Shown here one piece after another: positions 1-13,170 of a DNA stretch of 64,000 nt. Position 1 is the first letter of the stretch, and each line of letters opens with the position of its first letter. Source of the DNA: Eledone cirrhosa (Eukaryota); the NCBI GenBank assembly GCA_964016885.1, contig OZ024743.1:344162001-344226000 (forward strand). Direction: 5' to 3'. The position numbers and the translations under genes are program-made. Below the pieces are notes generated by a model. It made no database searches. It saw only the letters and a list, made by a program, of their open reading frames with translations, and was not told where the DNA came from.

Positions 1-29
1 CGACTACTACCACCACAACAAGCAACGTT

Positions 30-62
<33 letters not shown>

Positions 63-67
63 CAATC

Positions 68-205
68 ATGGCAAATCGTGTATGGGACCTGAAGGATAAA
101 ATGATTCCATATACGATTAAAAAGGACATGGACAAATCACACCTTTATAGGAAAGGAACACGGAGGTTTTCACTTTGCACAAGTGAAAAATTTAGAACAT
201 TGTAG
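68..205 (+). pseudogene. Penelope-like element GIY-YIG endonuclease C-terminal remnant
   Basis: Translates MANRVWDLKDKMIPYTIKKDMDKSHLYRKGTRRFSLCTSEKFRTL*, resembling the PLE C-terminal pattern (IW.LKD...Y.I.W.I....PY..G...C.LC..EK); degenerate. Confidence 0.6.
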
Positions 206-1051
206 GGTCTGAAATCCTCTGATAAATATCTAAATGCTAAAATGAGTTTTCCAGAGCATAACCCTATATTAGATTGCAACTCCTCTCACCGTGGAAGAAC
301 ACAGGCCCGGACACACAAAATACCACCATCCTAGAACAGCTTTAATCCACAAACCTGTCTTAGGTATATAAATACATCACACTACGTCCAAATACAATAA
401 GCACAATAAGCTACATAAATGAATAATACATACGCCAATAACAAAACACATACTACACTCGATCTCGATATAGATTAAATACAAATCGGATCTATATGCA
501 CACACACACACTTTCCACTAGAAACAGTTAATTAGCAATTATATACACAAGACATATAACAGCTGCATTTCTTCAGGAAATATAAGAAAGAATAAAGTTT
601 ACCAAATTCAGATAAGAATAGACACAATATCAGATATTGAGCGTAAAGCAAGCATGTAAGAAAGACTGTACATGGAATGGTTGTTACAGCGTAACTCAGG
701 CAATTATTTAACAGGCTACTTTAAAAAGAAAAACACCGTCAAATTCGACAACACCGCTTTACAATTTTCGAGTTTGCCGCGTGAAATCAAATCTTCGAAG
801 TTTTGAATTTTCGAATGCTTATTACTAACAACATAATATGAGGTCAACCAATTCGACTCTCTACGCGTATTGGAACTTCGAACCTGGTTAATATTAATGA
901 TAATTTATGTATGCTTCTTATATCTTTTTACGCGAAATTCTTATCGCTGCCTGTTAATTTCGTTTCGCTCCTCCACTTTTCTCATTCCTACCTATCTATT
1001 TTATCTAATCAACAACAACTATTCTTCTAACTACATATGGAAAACATAATA

Positions 1052-1240
1052 ATAATTGTTTCTACTTTTGGCACAAGGCCAGCAATTATCCCAGTGTATT
1101 ACTGGTACTTTATTTTATCGACCCCGTAACGATGAAAGGCAAAGTTTACCCTATGCGCGATTTGAACTCAGACCATAAAGGGCCGTAACTCTAAGCTGCA
1201 AGGCATGGTGTCTGACCCTTTATCGATACCGTCAATCCAA
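1052..1240 (-). mobile_element. tRNA-headed SINE, family A
   Basis: Reverse-complement copy of the family consensus seen many times here: TGGCAGTATCGG A-box-like, GAGTTCAAATC B-box, TTTGCCTTTCATC..GGGGTCGATAAAATAAAGTACCAGT core, GGCCTTGTGCCAAAAGTAGAAAC(AAT/ATT) tail. Confidence 0.85.
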
Positions 1241-1679
1241 ACATAATAATAATAATATTATGAATAACAATTAAGTAATGCTTTTTACTTCACCCTATAA
1301 TCCCAACTTTGAACATTACTGAGAAAAAAGAGTACTTAATATCGAAGTAGAGTTTTAGTAATCTAAAGGCCGAGTCTGAAGGATTATATCTACCAGTCAA
1401 GTAGCCCCCGTGAGATTTAAAAACTCGGATCACAAAGAATTAGAACTCATAGGGCAAGGCATCTCGCTCGACAACTCCGTAAATCAGTCGACCTGGATTA
1501 ACTATTTAACTTATCGGGACAGAACGAATGAAAAATAAAGTTGACCTTGGTAGGATTTAAACTCAGAGTTTAGAGAACCGGAACAAATACAGCTAGTAAT
1601 TTTGATCTACGCTCTTTGCAAATCATCCAATTCGACGCGTAATGTTGTTACTGATGTAATTTAGCTTCCGGACAGCCTT

Positions 1680-2760
1680 GATGGTAGTGGCGGTGTTGGT
1701 AGCCGATATCTGATAGTAATGGTCATTGAATGGTAGTTGGTGTGTGATGATAGCAGGTTAGTGATGGTAGTTGGTATGTGATGGTACTTAATGTGACAGT
1801 AGCGGCGGTATGATAATAGTAGTGGTAATGGAAGCAAATAATGTGAGAGGGTTACTGTGGGAGGATAGTGGTAATGTGATGGTGGTGGGGGATGGTGTGG
1901 TAGCGGTGGTGTGATGGTGTTGTTGGTGGTGGTGTGATGGTAGTGGTAGTGAGATTGTGGTGGTAGTGGGATGGTACTGTGATGGTAGTGTTAGTTTGAT
2001 GGCAATGGTGATGTTATGTTAGTGGGGGTGTGAATGAAAGTAGAGGTGGTGTGATGGTAGTGGTGATGTGATGGTAGTGATGGTAGTGATGGTAGTATTG
2101 GTGGTGTAAAGGTATAAGTGGTGTGATTGTTGTGGTGGTGTGATAGTAGTAGAAGTGTAATAGTAGTAGAAATACTGTGATAGCAGTGGTGGTGCGATGA
2201 TAGTACTAGTGTGATAGTACTGGTGCGATGGTAGTGGAGGTGGTGATGGTATTGGTGGGGGTTTGACAGTATCTGGCAGTGTGATGGTAATGGTGATGAC
2301 AGCTTATAGTGATAATAGTGATAGGGTGAGGTTAGTGAAGGTGATGGTAGCTGGAATGTGATAATAAATGGTGGCTGTGATGGTAATAGTGGTTTTGCTG
2401 ATAATTGTGGTAATGGTAGCAGGTGACTGTTTGGTAGTGGTAGTGTAATGGTAGTAGGTGATATCATAGTAGTAGTGTTGGTGTGATTGTAGTAAGAATT
2501 ATGATGGTAGTGATAGTGATAATGGTAATTTTGGTGATGGTAGAGGTGATGATGGTAGCCATATGTAATGGTAGCCATATGTAATGGTAGTAATGGTTTA
2601 ATGGTAGCCATATGTAATGGTAGCCATATGTAATGGTAGCCATATGTAATGGTAGTAATGGTGTAATGGTAGTAATGGTGTAATGGTAATGATATGTGAC
2701 GGTAGTGATGGTGCAGTGGTAGTGATGGTAGTGATGGTAGGAGGTTGTTTGATCATATGC
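1680..2760. repeat. Degenerate (GGT/GAT/AGT) low-complexity tract including a 16-bp ATATGTAATGGTAGCC minisatellite (~2560-2650)
   Basis: Directly visible repeat units. Confidence 0.85.
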
Positions 2761-2996
2761 ATGGTGTTGTATGATGATAGTGCGTAATAATATTGTTAGT
2801 AGTGGCAGGGGTTGTTGTGTTGGTGGGGTAGTAGTTAGGGGGTGTGGTGCCAGAAGTTCTAGTGTCTATTTATTGCAATTGTTGCCAGGAATCAACAGAA
2901 AACATCACTGCAGAACAACGTTGCACATTTCACTGTTACTTATGTGTGCAATTAACTCTGCAATAATGATGTAGCAATTTTTAATTTCCTGCTATT

Positions 2997-3006
2997 TCTC
3001 TCTCTC

Positions 3007-3062
<56 letters not shown>

Positions 3063-3084
3063 CTCACACCCACCATTTTCCTGC

Positions 3085-3166
<82 letters not shown>

Positions 3167-3232
3167 TTATTGTATGTAAACTTCCCCCTTTGTATTTGTC
3201 TTCTTCTTTTGTGCCCCTCTGGCTAATAAAGA

Positions 3233-3317
<85 letters not shown>

Positions 3318-3318
3318 C
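2997..3318. repeat. (TC)n followed by (ATCT)n microsatellites
   Basis: Directly visible; the ATCT array is interrupted at ~3166-3232. Confidence 0.95.
3166..3232 (+). mobile_element. Extremely 5'-truncated 3' tail of the (ATCT)n-associated Tx1 family
   Basis: TTTATTGTATGTAAACTTCCCCCTTTGTATTTG...GTGCCCCTCTGGCTAATAAAGA matches the 3' ends at 13101-13170 and ~11700-11760; flanked on both sides by (ATCT)n. Confidence 0.85.
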
Positions 3319-4006
3319 TATATATATGTCTCTGTGGTGCAGTGTGTGTGTATGCTAATGTAATGCGACGGTGTTGTCTGGCGATGTGTGCGCTTATTTG
3401 TGATGCATTGTGTGTGATTGTGTGTTTGTATATATATATGTATGTATGTTGTAAATGGTATGTGATGCGAGTGTGTATGTGTGTGTGCGTGTGTGTATAT
3501 ATACCTGTGTGTATATATATATGTGTTCTGTGTGTGTGTGTGTGTGCGTGTGCGTGTGTGTGTGCGTCTGTGTATGTGCAAGTGATGCTATCTGTGTGTG
3601 TCGATATATGTGTTGCATTGTTACTACGTGTATGTGTATGTACCTTTCTGTGCTTGCTGTACTATATGTGTACGTTTAATCTATTGAACCATTGCTTGCG
3701 CGTTCGTATATGTGTATATCTGTCTATTGTGCTGCTATGCCTGTGTGATGCTGTCGGTATGGTGTTGTGTATTATGTGTTGCTCTATTTAGTTATGTGTA
3801 GGTATGTACTATATGTTGTTGCATATATAATCTGCTATGAATGTATCTCATTTTGTCTATATATCAGCGTAACACTCTGTTTGTGTATGTGTGTGTATAC
3901 GTGTGTATACGTGTGTGTGTGCGTGTGAGTGTGTATGTATTCTTTCTTACGCTTTCTTCATCAACTTCATCTATACTTATTTGATTCTTTTGAGTATATA
4001 TATTGA

Positions 4007-4198
<192 letters not shown>

Positions 4199-4999
4199 TA
4201 TATTAATTACACACGCATACACGAACACACACATATATGTATGCATACATACATGTATGTATGCATTGATGTATGTATGTATGTATGTATGTATGTATGT
4301 ATGTATGTATGTATGTATGTATACATATATATGCTTATATATGTGTTTATAAATACTTTATAAATACACACATACACATATATAGATATATACATATATA
4401 CATATAAACATATATACATATATATAATTGAAATTTTCCGTTGTATCTTATTTGCAGTATTTTGGAGATAATAAGGGGGTATAATTGACATCATGGCATT
4501 ATTACCTCCCCTTTCTGTCACCCCTACCTCTTGTATCTTCTTCCGTTCTGCTTCTTCTCCCCTTCCTCTTCCTACCCCTTTCTTTCTTCTTGATTTTGTG
4601 GATGTTGTTGATGTCATTGCAATCAGTAGACAATAGACTAAATAATCTTATTGATGATAAGACTATCGGCACCACTACTACTACTACTGCTATTATCACC
4701 ACTACCACTGTCACTCACACCCCCACTACCTTTACTAGCACCACCTACGCCACCACTACTATAATCAGCATAATCCCCACCATGCCACCTTCACCATTAA
4801 CCATACACTAACACTATCATCACCATCACCACCATCACCACCACCACTATATCACAGTCATTATCCTCACCACCACCAACCCCTGTGAATACCAACACTA
4901 CCACAACTCCCTATCACTATCATTCCCTCTACTCCCTGTCATAATTTTATTCTTCCGCAACAGTACCAACAACACCAACAACATCAACAACACCCCTAT

Positions 5000-5180
5000 C
5001 ACCATCACACCCCTGTCACCATCACACCCCTGTCACCATCACACCCCTGTCACCATCACACCCCTGTCAGTCACACCCCTGTCACCATCACACCTCTGTC
5101 ACCATCACACCCCTATCACCATCACACCCCTATCACCATCACACCCCTGTCACCATCACACCCCTGTCACCATCACACCC
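5000..5180. repeat. 17-bp minisatellite CACCATCACACCCCTGT
   Basis: About ten tandem units visible. Confidence 0.9.
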
Positions 5181-5848
5181 ACTAGCAGAAAATTAGCAGA
5201 AATTGCAACCAAATCTCTTTCTTAGAAATGAACACATTGGATAACGTAGTTCTGTGGTGCCTCAACAAAGAAAATGATGGGATGGTCACAGCTGGAATGT
5301 CTTCGATATTTCCTGACCTTGGTCTAAACAACATCAGCAACCACCAACCATCCTCACCTCACGACCACGATCACCAAGATAACCACCACCACCACCACCA
5401 ATACCACCACCAGCACCACCAGCACCACCAGCACCAGCACCACCACCACCACTACTACCACCACCACCACCACCACCAATTCGAGTTCAAGATTTTGTAA
5501 ATCTTGATACATATTTTGATAACGATCCCAAAGACTGTAATACTCTGTCATCGATCCTGGTTTCTGTTCAAAGTCGGAAAATGTAATGCAGTACGCATTA
5601 TCTAATTTTTAGTTGAGATGCGAACATTTCCAGATTTGACTCATAGCTTTCGATTAGAATACTAGTTATTAAAACTGACTTGGCCCTTGTAATTGTAACC
5701 TCAAATCATTTATATAGCAAGTGATAACCACAAAGATTGCCGAATTAATAACCATTTTTGGCCTTTGAATTCTGTAATTGGAATGTCTTTAACACACATG
5801 AACAATGTCATTTCATAACTCAGCTCTTACAAATGTTTGAACATAGTT

Positions 5849-5945
<97 letters not shown>

Positions 5946-6327
5946 AAAATCTAGCTGTCGTCTGTTCTACAGTGTGGATGTCATTCACTTCGCACAGAAG
6001 TTTTGTTCAAATTTATTGAGGAAATTTTGTGAGTTCAAACTTAATTTTGATACAATTGTGTAGCTTGACCCTTCGTCTGAACTGTCAGGCGGTGGGTCAG
6101 CTCATCTTTACCCCTCCTAGAGGTGAAAAACCTGTTTTAAAAAATTTTGTGTAAAAAATTTCAATCGTCTAACAGAAATGTTAAACGCAGCGAACGAAAA
6201 TAGTGGTGGGGGGACAGCGGTAAGAGTTGTAAGCTCGCACGCTTTAGTCCCCCTTCCTTCCCAACTAACGTCATAGAGAAGGCAGGAAAAATTAAAATAA
6301 AAACAGACGAATCTGCGGAGAAAAAAA

Positions 6328-8076
6328 ATGACGAAAACACAAATCTGGACATGGATTCCAACAACGAAAAAAAAAAAATTTGAAAAATTGCATGACAATA
6401 CTAATAACACAAACAAAGACACAACAAACACAAAAATAACATTTGAAAATAACACCATATCAGAAAGCAAAGCAGACGACAAGATTTCATTTGCACAGAA
6501 AACAAAGAAATCTTTGACTTATATAGCGGAAAACATTTCAGATGTGGCACGAAGGATCACGGACGCCAAACAATACATAAGTGAAGGAGAGAATGGTATT
6601 TTATCGGTAAATATGCCTCAAGAATTCACCAAAGACACTGAAAGCCGAACGGTCAAGTTTCGGACCATCAACAACAGTACAAAAAAACCTGAACAGCCTT
6701 CCCAAGCAGATATCAAAACAGTACTCACAGAAGTACTTAATGAAACCACTTTCATAAGAAAAGACAGACTGTATGGAAGCCTAGCAATTATCATGAAGAA
6801 CGAATCGGCGGCAAAAAAATGTGCTTTGTCACCGATTCGTTCGAAAAATTTCACCTTTTATCCATCTTATATGGGGAAAAGAACTCAACGCATATGGCTG
6901 GATGCAATGATGCCAGATGTGGACTACTGCTGGCTCATAGCTGGCTTCATCGATCCAGCGAATGACAACGTGATTTCCATTGGGAAAACCACAGGCAATG
7001 CGTTCAGTGGAACAGGTATAGAGCTGGTAGTGCAAATGAAGCCTGAACGCATCGCCCAAATACCCGACAGAATCCTATTAGAGGACCACGGGTATATAAA
7101 CATTAGCGTGGAGGGGAGAAGGCCGTCCTGCCATATCTGTGCAGGCAGAGGGCACCTGAAGGCCGCTTGTCCCCAACTCAACAAAAAGAAAACCCTGCTA
7201 CCAACACCAGCTCCACCACCACCACCACAACAGATAAACAAACAACAAAACTCAGTCCCACCCAACCCGTCCCTCAGTAAAACCACAACACCACCACAAC
7301 ACAAACAGTCACAACACATTACCCCAAAACAAAATACAGGCCCACCCAACCTCTCACTCAATAAAACAACACAACCACCGCAGACACAACACACAACACA
7401 GTCTAACATAGTGACATCCATCTCCCCCACAAAGAAAACCAACACGGAAACATTACCAGCAAACATACCTCTTCCCTCCAACACTGAAGATAACCCAACG
7501 AATTCGGAGGAAGAAACGGAGTCCTTCAGACAGATTAAAAGGAAAAAAAGAAAACATGTGCAAAACACACAAGGCCAAACAACCCCCACCCAAATCTCAA
7601 CACAATCCAACAAAACAGAAAACACCCCTCCAGCAACAAACAAAACCAAACCTGCCCCTCCCCTCTTCGAAACACTCACACCATCCGAAAAAAAGACATT
7701 ACACTATACTTACATCAACAGAAACAATAATAAATTAAATGAACTCATATACAATAATCCTTCGGTACAAACCGAAGGTGTAAACTTTGTTTCGTCAGAA
7801 AACTACCCACATTTAAAACTAATAAAGATCCCAATGAACCTCTACCAAAAACTAAAAAAGGATTTTAAGGAGGACGTAGGACCACCCTCTGTCAAACCCA
7901 TAAACCGCGTCCTACTAAAAAGCTTTCCCCCTCCCCTTCCCCTCCCCAACACAACTCCAAACACCCCAACCCCACCACACACTGACGACCCCACACCACC
8001 ACAAGACACCCCTTCACCCAACACCCCCGACCCCATGGAAGTCGTGCAACCCGAACCCCGGGAAGTGGAAAGGTAG
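6328..8076 (+). CDS. Tx1-A ORF1 nucleic-acid-binding protein (582 aa)
   Basis: CCHC knuckle CHICAGRGHLKAAC, Pro/Thr-rich linker, basic KRKKRK patch; ends 33 nt before ORF2. Confidence 0.88.
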   Translation: MTKTQIWTWIPTTKKKKFEKLHDNTNNTNKDTTNTKITFENNTISESKADDKISFAQKTKKSLTYIAENISDVARRITDAKQYISEGENGILSVNMPQEFTKDTESRTVKFRTINNSTKKPEQPSQADIKTVLTEVLNETTFIRKDRLYGSLAIIMKNESAAKKCALSPIRSKNFTFYPSYMGKRTQRIWLDAMMPDVDYCWLIAGFIDPANDNVISIGKTTGNAFSGTGIELVVQMKPERIAQIPDRILLEDHGYINISVEGRRPSCHICAGRGHLKAACPQLNKKKTLLPTPAPPPPPQQINKQQNSVPPNPSLSKTTTPPQHKQSQHITPKQNTGPPNLSLNKTTQPPQTQHTTQSNIVTSISPTKKTNTETLPANIPLPSNTEDNPTNSEEETESFRQIKRKKRKHVQNTQGQTTPTQISTQSNKTENTPPATNKTKPAPPLFETLTPSEKKTLHYTYINRNNNKLNELIYNNPSVQTEGVNFVSSENYPHLKLIKIPMNLYQKLKKDFKEDVGPPSVKPINRVLLKSFPPPLPLPNTTPNTPTPPHTDDPTPPQDTPSPNTPDPMEVVQPEPREVER

Positions 8077-8109
8077 GTCTCTACACTCTCCTTTGGCTCT
8101 GCCGCCCAC

Positions 8110-11100
8110 ATGGATGTGTTAAGAGTAGGATGTTTGAATGCACGTGGCCTGGGCTCAACTTGGAAGCAAGCAAAGCTTCTAAATGACCTCAGGTCATGTA
8201 GTATAAACGTAATGGTTATCTGTGAGACTCGAATCAGCGTCGTGCGGCAGCTGGCCCCCACCTTCGATGACTTTGAGGTGCATGCATCTCTCTGTCAAGC
8301 TGGAGGTGGGGGTGGCGTTGTCGTACTGCTGCAAAAACACTTGGGTCTTGCCGTACAGGTTGTGCACTCGGACCCGGAGGGTCGTTTGTTGGTGCTAGAC
8401 GTTGGCAGTAGTGAAAGTGCGGCCTTGAGACTGGTCGCCGTCTACTCCCCTTTCGGAGCTGAACGGCCCGACTTCTTCCAGCGTTTGGAGACTTTTCTGG
8501 GAACGTCGCGTTCCCTACTTCTAGCGGGGGATTGGAATGACATCCTAGATGCACGTTGGGACTATGCAGGAGCATGTCCTAATAGAGGGGGGTGTAACAG
8601 CCTCAAGGGGTTACTCGACCGTTTTAACTTGGTCGATAGATATCGACTAGATTTTCCAACTGTGCCTACCTGGACTTGGAGAAACCACAGTGGTCAATCT
8701 AGATCGTACTTAGATAGATTCTTAGTTAGAAGTAAGGATAGGGACATATTAAGCTGTCCAGAAATGCGCACGGTTGGCTACACGGATCACAAATTAGTGA
8801 CCTGCGTGGTCAATCTCGAGAAAACACATAGACAGGGTCCCGGTTACTGGAAACTTAATTTGTCTTTACCGGCAAAAGAGACTTACAGAAACCGGATTAG
8901 CAGATTAGTTAAGGAGAGGTTGACGGGTGCAATCGTCAACAACCGATGGTGGGCATCTCTCAAAAGAGAGATTAGAACAGAATCAATAAGTTATAGCAAG
9001 ATGTTAGCTGCCGATAGGAATAGAAACGAGAAAGAATTAACAGATAAATTAGAAGAGGCAATCAAGAGCGAAGATGTGGCCAGAGTGCTGGCATCGAGGA
9101 CGGCCTTGAACCAGTTTTTCGATGCAAAGCACGAAGGCTGCGTCATTCGAAGTAAAATACGTGCTCTAGGTAATGAGGGGGCCAAAGCCGTTGGATGGGC
9201 CCGCGTGACAGAAGCTAAGAGTGGAAATCGATCCACCATCCGGTCGTTGCAAGACGAAGATGGACGGGTGATCCGGGAGTCTAAGCAGATGTGCGAGGCC
9301 TTTCAAAGGCACTTTGCCCGATTGTTCGGGGGAGGGGAGGGTCCGGGCGGGGGCGTGGATTTCGGTACATACCTCGACGGCCTGCCGCGTCTCTCGAGTG
9401 AAGAGGCAGAGTCCTGCGAGGGACCAATCTCGGCTGATGAGATCGGAGATGCGCTGAGCCAATGCAGCAGACGCAAATCTCCAGGTCTCGATGGTATACC
9501 TTACAAACTTTATTTAGCAATGCCGGTCTTCTTCTCCGAACTCCTCGAAGCGGTCTACTGCAATTGGCAGCAGAACGGGAGAATTCCTTGTTCTGTAGCC
9601 AAGGGCGTAGTCACGCTGGTGAGGAAGGACAAGAACAAGGGGGATAGTATAAATCATTTTCGGCCCATAACCCTGCTAAACACAGAGTTAAAGATTTTGG
9701 CCAAGGTGTTAGCAAAGAGGTTGGCGCTTGTCGTGGGTGGCCTGGTGGGAGATGCGCAGACATGTGCTATCCCATCCAGGTCCATTCACGATAACCTCCA
9801 CCTCATGCGATACATCATAGAGAGGGTTGGCAACAAACCCGGCTTCGGTGGGGCCCTGATCAACTTGGATCAGTCTAAGGCCTTCGATAGGGTCGACCAT
9901 GGTTACCTGGATGCGGTGCTAGCGGCGGCTGGGTTCGTTCCTGTTTTCAGAGGCTGGATAACTGCCTTACATAGCAACCACATCTGTTCTAGGATCAAGG
10001 TGAACGGCTACCTTTCGAAGCCGTTCGAAATCACACGATCCATTCGACAGGGGTGCCCTCTCTCCTCCCTTCTGTACGTATTGACTCTCGAGCCTTTACT
10101 GAGGAAGTTGGAGTTGTTGCAGGGTATCCCCCTGGAACCAGGATTGAGCAAAGCGGTGTCGGCCTACGCCGATGACGTAACAGTAATGGTATCGACCGAC
10201 TCGGAGATCGAGGCGATCGGTACCTTACTGGAGGAGTACGAAAGGTTGTCAGGAGCGAAACTGAACCGGGAAAAATCCATCGGGCTGCAACTCGGAACGT
10301 GGAGAGGCAGACCGATGCCTCCTGACGGTGTCGTCGGACACTGGACGGAGGGCCCGGTAAAGTTGCTTGGGGTCTGGTTTGGACCGGACCTCCAGGTGGA
10401 AAAGAACTGGAACGAGGTTACGAACAAGGTGTTTGCACTAACCCAGAAATGGGCCAAGTGTAAGCTGTCCCTAAAAGGCCGGGCGGAGGTGGCGAACATT
10501 TACATAGCGTCCGTCACTTACTACCGCCTGACTGTCGTGCCTTGCCCTAAGGAAACACTCACCACCATGGAACGCATGCTCTTCCAATTTCTTTGGAAGA
10601 AGCGCCCTCCTATGGTGAGAAGATCCATCTGCTGCCAACAACCTTCGAAAGGAGGGCTGGGGATGCCGTGGTTGATGATGCGTAGGCACGCATTAAGGCT
10701 ACGGCACCTACAGGTATTCCTCACTGGTCAACCGGTGTGGGCTCCGTTCGTGAAACGAGCCTTTCCGAGACTCGTCTCGCTCACCGAGCTACAGTCCTGG
10801 GTCAAGCAAAGATCCGGAAAACTGGGAGACTGGCACACTGAGTGTGCTCAGGCACTCAGGGCTCTCTGGCAAGCGGGCCGGGCCATCGGTGGAGAATCCA
10901 CCTCATCATTCTATAGAGGGCTGGTGGCTAGCAGGGGCGATGACACCCTTGGAGAGTCGCTGGACATGGAAGAAGACGAACTGGCCAGCCTGTTCGGTAG
11001 GACTTTCGGCCCAGGACCAATGGACAACTTCCAGAAGTCACTGGCCTGGCAGTGCTACCGGGGGGCTCTACCCGTTCGAGAGAGGCTCTACAGACACGGG

Positions 11101-11547
11101 CGCCCTGGCAGGGATCCCTCAAAAAAGATTTGCCCTAGATGCGTGCGTCACGAAGAAACCGTTGCGCACGCATTGGTGCAATGTCCGGGCGTGGCTGATC
11201 TGTGGGGCTACGCCGAACGACTGCTGTCGCGGGTGGCGCCGATTAAATTGACCGCCGAGTCCGTGATGACAATCAAACCGCCTCCCCTCTTCACAAAGGA
11301 AGCAAAGGCGGTTTTTCTGTGCGTAATAGCCATGTTGAAAGAGGTTGTTTGGTGGACACGATTGAAAGGTCTGAGGTCAGGCAACTTCCTCTCTGGCCAT
11401 AGTCTGGTCTACTTCTTCCGATATCACTTCGGAAGAAGGATAAGAATGGAGAGAGAGGTGCTTGGCCACAGGCAGTTTTATGAAAGGTGGGTGATAGTGG
11501 CGAGAATGGCTCGTGTAAATGGGCCTTCTCTGTATACCATCCTGTAG
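8110..11547 (+). CDS. Tx1-A ORF2: APE endonuclease + reverse transcriptase + C-terminal zinc-binding domain (1145 aa, uninterrupted)
   Basis: APE motifs LNARGL, ETR, VYSP, GDWN, YLDR, TDH, GPGYWKLN; RT motifs SPGLDG, FRPITLLN, KAFDRV, RQGCPLS, YADD, KLLGV; CPRC..ETVAHALVQC. Confidence 0.96.
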   Translation: MDVLRVGCLNARGLGSTWKQAKLLNDLRSCSINVMVICETRISVVRQLAPTFDDFEVHASLCQAGGGGGVVVLLQKHLGLAVQVVHSDPEGRLLVLDVGSSESAALRLVAVYSPFGAERPDFFQRLETFLGTSRSLLLAGDWNDILDARWDYAGACPNRGGCNSLKGLLDRFNLVDRYRLDFPTVPTWTWRNHSGQSRSYLDRFLVRSKDRDILSCPEMRTVGYTDHKLVTCVVNLEKTHRQGPGYWKLNLSLPAKETYRNRISRLVKERLTGAIVNNRWWASLKREIRTESISYSKMLAADRNRNEKELTDKLEEAIKSEDVARVLASRTALNQFFDAKHEGCVIRSKIRALGNEGAKAVGWARVTEAKSGNRSTIRSLQDEDGRVIRESKQMCEAFQRHFARLFGGGEGPGGGVDFGTYLDGLPRLSSEEAESCEGPISADEIGDALSQCSRRKSPGLDGIPYKLYLAMPVFFSELLEAVYCNWQQNGRIPCSVAKGVVTLVRKDKNKGDSINHFRPITLLNTELKILAKVLAKRLALVVGGLVGDAQTCAIPSRSIHDNLHLMRYIIERVGNKPGFGGALINLDQSKAFDRVDHGYLDAVLAAAGFVPVFRGWITALHSNHICSRIKVNGYLSKPFEITRSIRQGCPLSSLLYVLTLEPLLRKLELLQGIPLEPGLSKAVSAYADDVTVMVSTDSEIEAIGTLLEEYERLSGAKLNREKSIGLQLGTWRGRPMPPDGVVGHWTEGPVKLLGVWFGPDLQVEKNWNEVTNKVFALTQKWAKCKLSLKGRAEVANIYIASVTYYRLTVVPCPKETLTTMERMLFQFLWKKRPPMVRRSICCQQPSKGGLGMPWLMMRRHALRLRHLQVFLTGQPVWAPFVKRAFPRLVSLTELQSWVKQRSGKLGDWHTECAQALRALWQAGRAIGGESTSSFYRGLVASRGDDTLGESLDMEEDELASLFGRTFGPGPMDNFQKSLAWQCYRGALPVRERLYRHGRPGRDPSKKICPRCVRHEETVAHALVQCPGVADLWGYAERLLSRVAPIKLTAESVMTIKPPPLFTKEAKAVFLCVIAMLKEVVWWTRLKGLRSGNFLSGHSLVYFFRYHFGRRIRMEREVLGHRQFYERWVIVARMARVNGPSLYTIL

Positions 11548-11761
11548 GTAAAGAAGTAAAGGAGAGGGGAGCACCTTCTCCGTGTGCTCCCCGGGCAAAG
11601 GATTGCACACTTTTTCGGGGGTGTGTGCAACCCCCATCACGTCCCCTCCCTTTTGAGGTTATTTTCGATTGTTTTCATGTTACACCCTTTTTACTCGATT
11701 ATATGTAAACTCCCCCTTTGTATTTGTCCCTTCTTTTTATGCCTTTATGGTAAATAAAAAA

Positions 11762-11798
<37 letters not shown>

Positions 11799-11801
11799 AA
11801 G

Positions 11802-13170
11802 GACTGGAACGAGGTGACGACCAAGGTGTTTGCGCTCACACAGAAGTGGGCCGAGTGCAAATTATCCTTGAAAGGTCGAGCGGAGGTGGCGAACCCTTTT
11901 ATAGCGTCCGTCATCTACTACCGCTTGACCGTCGTGCCTTGTCCAGTCAAAACGCTCGCCAAAATGGAGCGCGCGCTCTTCCAATTCCTTTGGAAGAGGC
12001 GGGCTCCTTTGGTGAGAAGATCCATCTGCTGCCAACACCCTTCCAACGGAGGGCTGGGGATGCCGTGGCTGACGATGCGCAAACACGCGCTCAGGCTGCG
12101 GCATCTCTACGTATTCCTCACCGGACAACCGGTTCGTGAGGCGAGCATTGCCACGACTCGTCTCGCTGACCGAGCTGCAGTCCTGGGTCAAGCAACGACC
12201 GAGGAAAATGGGCGACTGGCACATCTAATGTGCTCAGGCGCTCACAGCCCTCTGGCAGGCGGACCCGGCGATCAGTGGAGACTCCACTTCGTCATTCTAT
12301 AGAGGGTTGATCCGCAGCAAGTGCGACGACGCTCTCGGAGAAACTCTAGGCGTAGAGGAAGATGAACTGCCCAGTCTGTTCGGTAGGACCTTCCGCCCGG
12401 GACCGATGGACAACTTCCAAACGTCCCTGGCCTGCAGTGCTACCGAGGAGCTCTACCAGTTCGAGACAAGCTCTACAAACATGGACACCCGGACAGGGAC
12501 CCTTCGAAAAAGATCTGTCCAAGATGCGTGCGAGACGAAGAAACCGTCGCACACGCATTCATACACTGCCCGGGCGTTACCGACTTGTGGGGCTATGTAG
12601 AACGACTATTGTCGCGGGTGGGACCAATCCAGTTGACCACCGAGTCCATTGTCATAATCAAACCGCCGCCCTCCTTCAAAAACGAAGGAGAGCCGGTTTT
12701 CCTTTGTGTGATAGCTATGGCGAAAGAAGTTGGATGGTGGACGAGGTTAAAAGGGCTGAGATCAGACACCTTTCTCTCCGGCCAACAACTGATACTTTTT
12801 TTTCAAATACCACTTTGGAAGAAGAATCAGGATGGAGAGAGATGTGCTGTACCCCAGCAAGTTTTATGAAAGGTGGGTGAAAGTGGCGAGAATGGCCCGA
12901 GTGAATGGGCCTTCTCTCTATATTAGCCTGTAGGTTGAGGAAAAAAAGGAAGAGAGGAAAGGGGTACAAACTCTTCGTACTCCTGGAGATGAGGGTTGCA
13001 CATTTTTTCGGGGGTATGTGTTACCCATATGAAATGTCTCCCCCTATTGGGGAAAATCGATTAATTTTTAAATTACAATTGTGATAGCATTTTACACGTT
13101 TTTATTGTATGTAAACTTCCGCCTTTGTATTTTTCCCCTTCTTTTGTGCCCCTGTGGCTAATAAAGAAAC
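11802..13170 (+). mobile_element. 5'-truncated, frameshifted second Tx1-A-type copy with 20-bp target-site duplication
   Basis: ORF pieces 11814-12302, 12307-12600 and 12528-12869 match the ORF2 C-terminus; ATCTATCTATCTATCTTAAG occurs at both 11782-11801 and 13171-13190. Confidence 0.92.

Larger units (their letters stand above)
5946..11761 (+). mobile_element. Full-length Tx1/L1-clade non-LTR retrotransposon (family Tx1-A) inserted in (ATCT)n
   Basis: 5'UTR, ORF1, ORF2 and a 3'UTR ending AATAAAAAA; bounded by (ATCT)n at ~5850-5945 and 11762-11797. Confidence 0.93.

Noticed and set aside
540-700. Possible further Penelope GIY-YIG remnant (also 15946-16070 minus)
   Set aside because: The resemblance needs several frameshifts and is too weak to call by eye.
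1991-2611. His/Pro-rich 206-aa ORF
   Set aside because: Derived from a degenerate GGT/GAT repeat tract.
6618-11708. Short antisense and alternate-frame ORFs within the Tx1 element
   Set aside because: Shadow ORFs of the GC-richer coding strand with no independent motifs.
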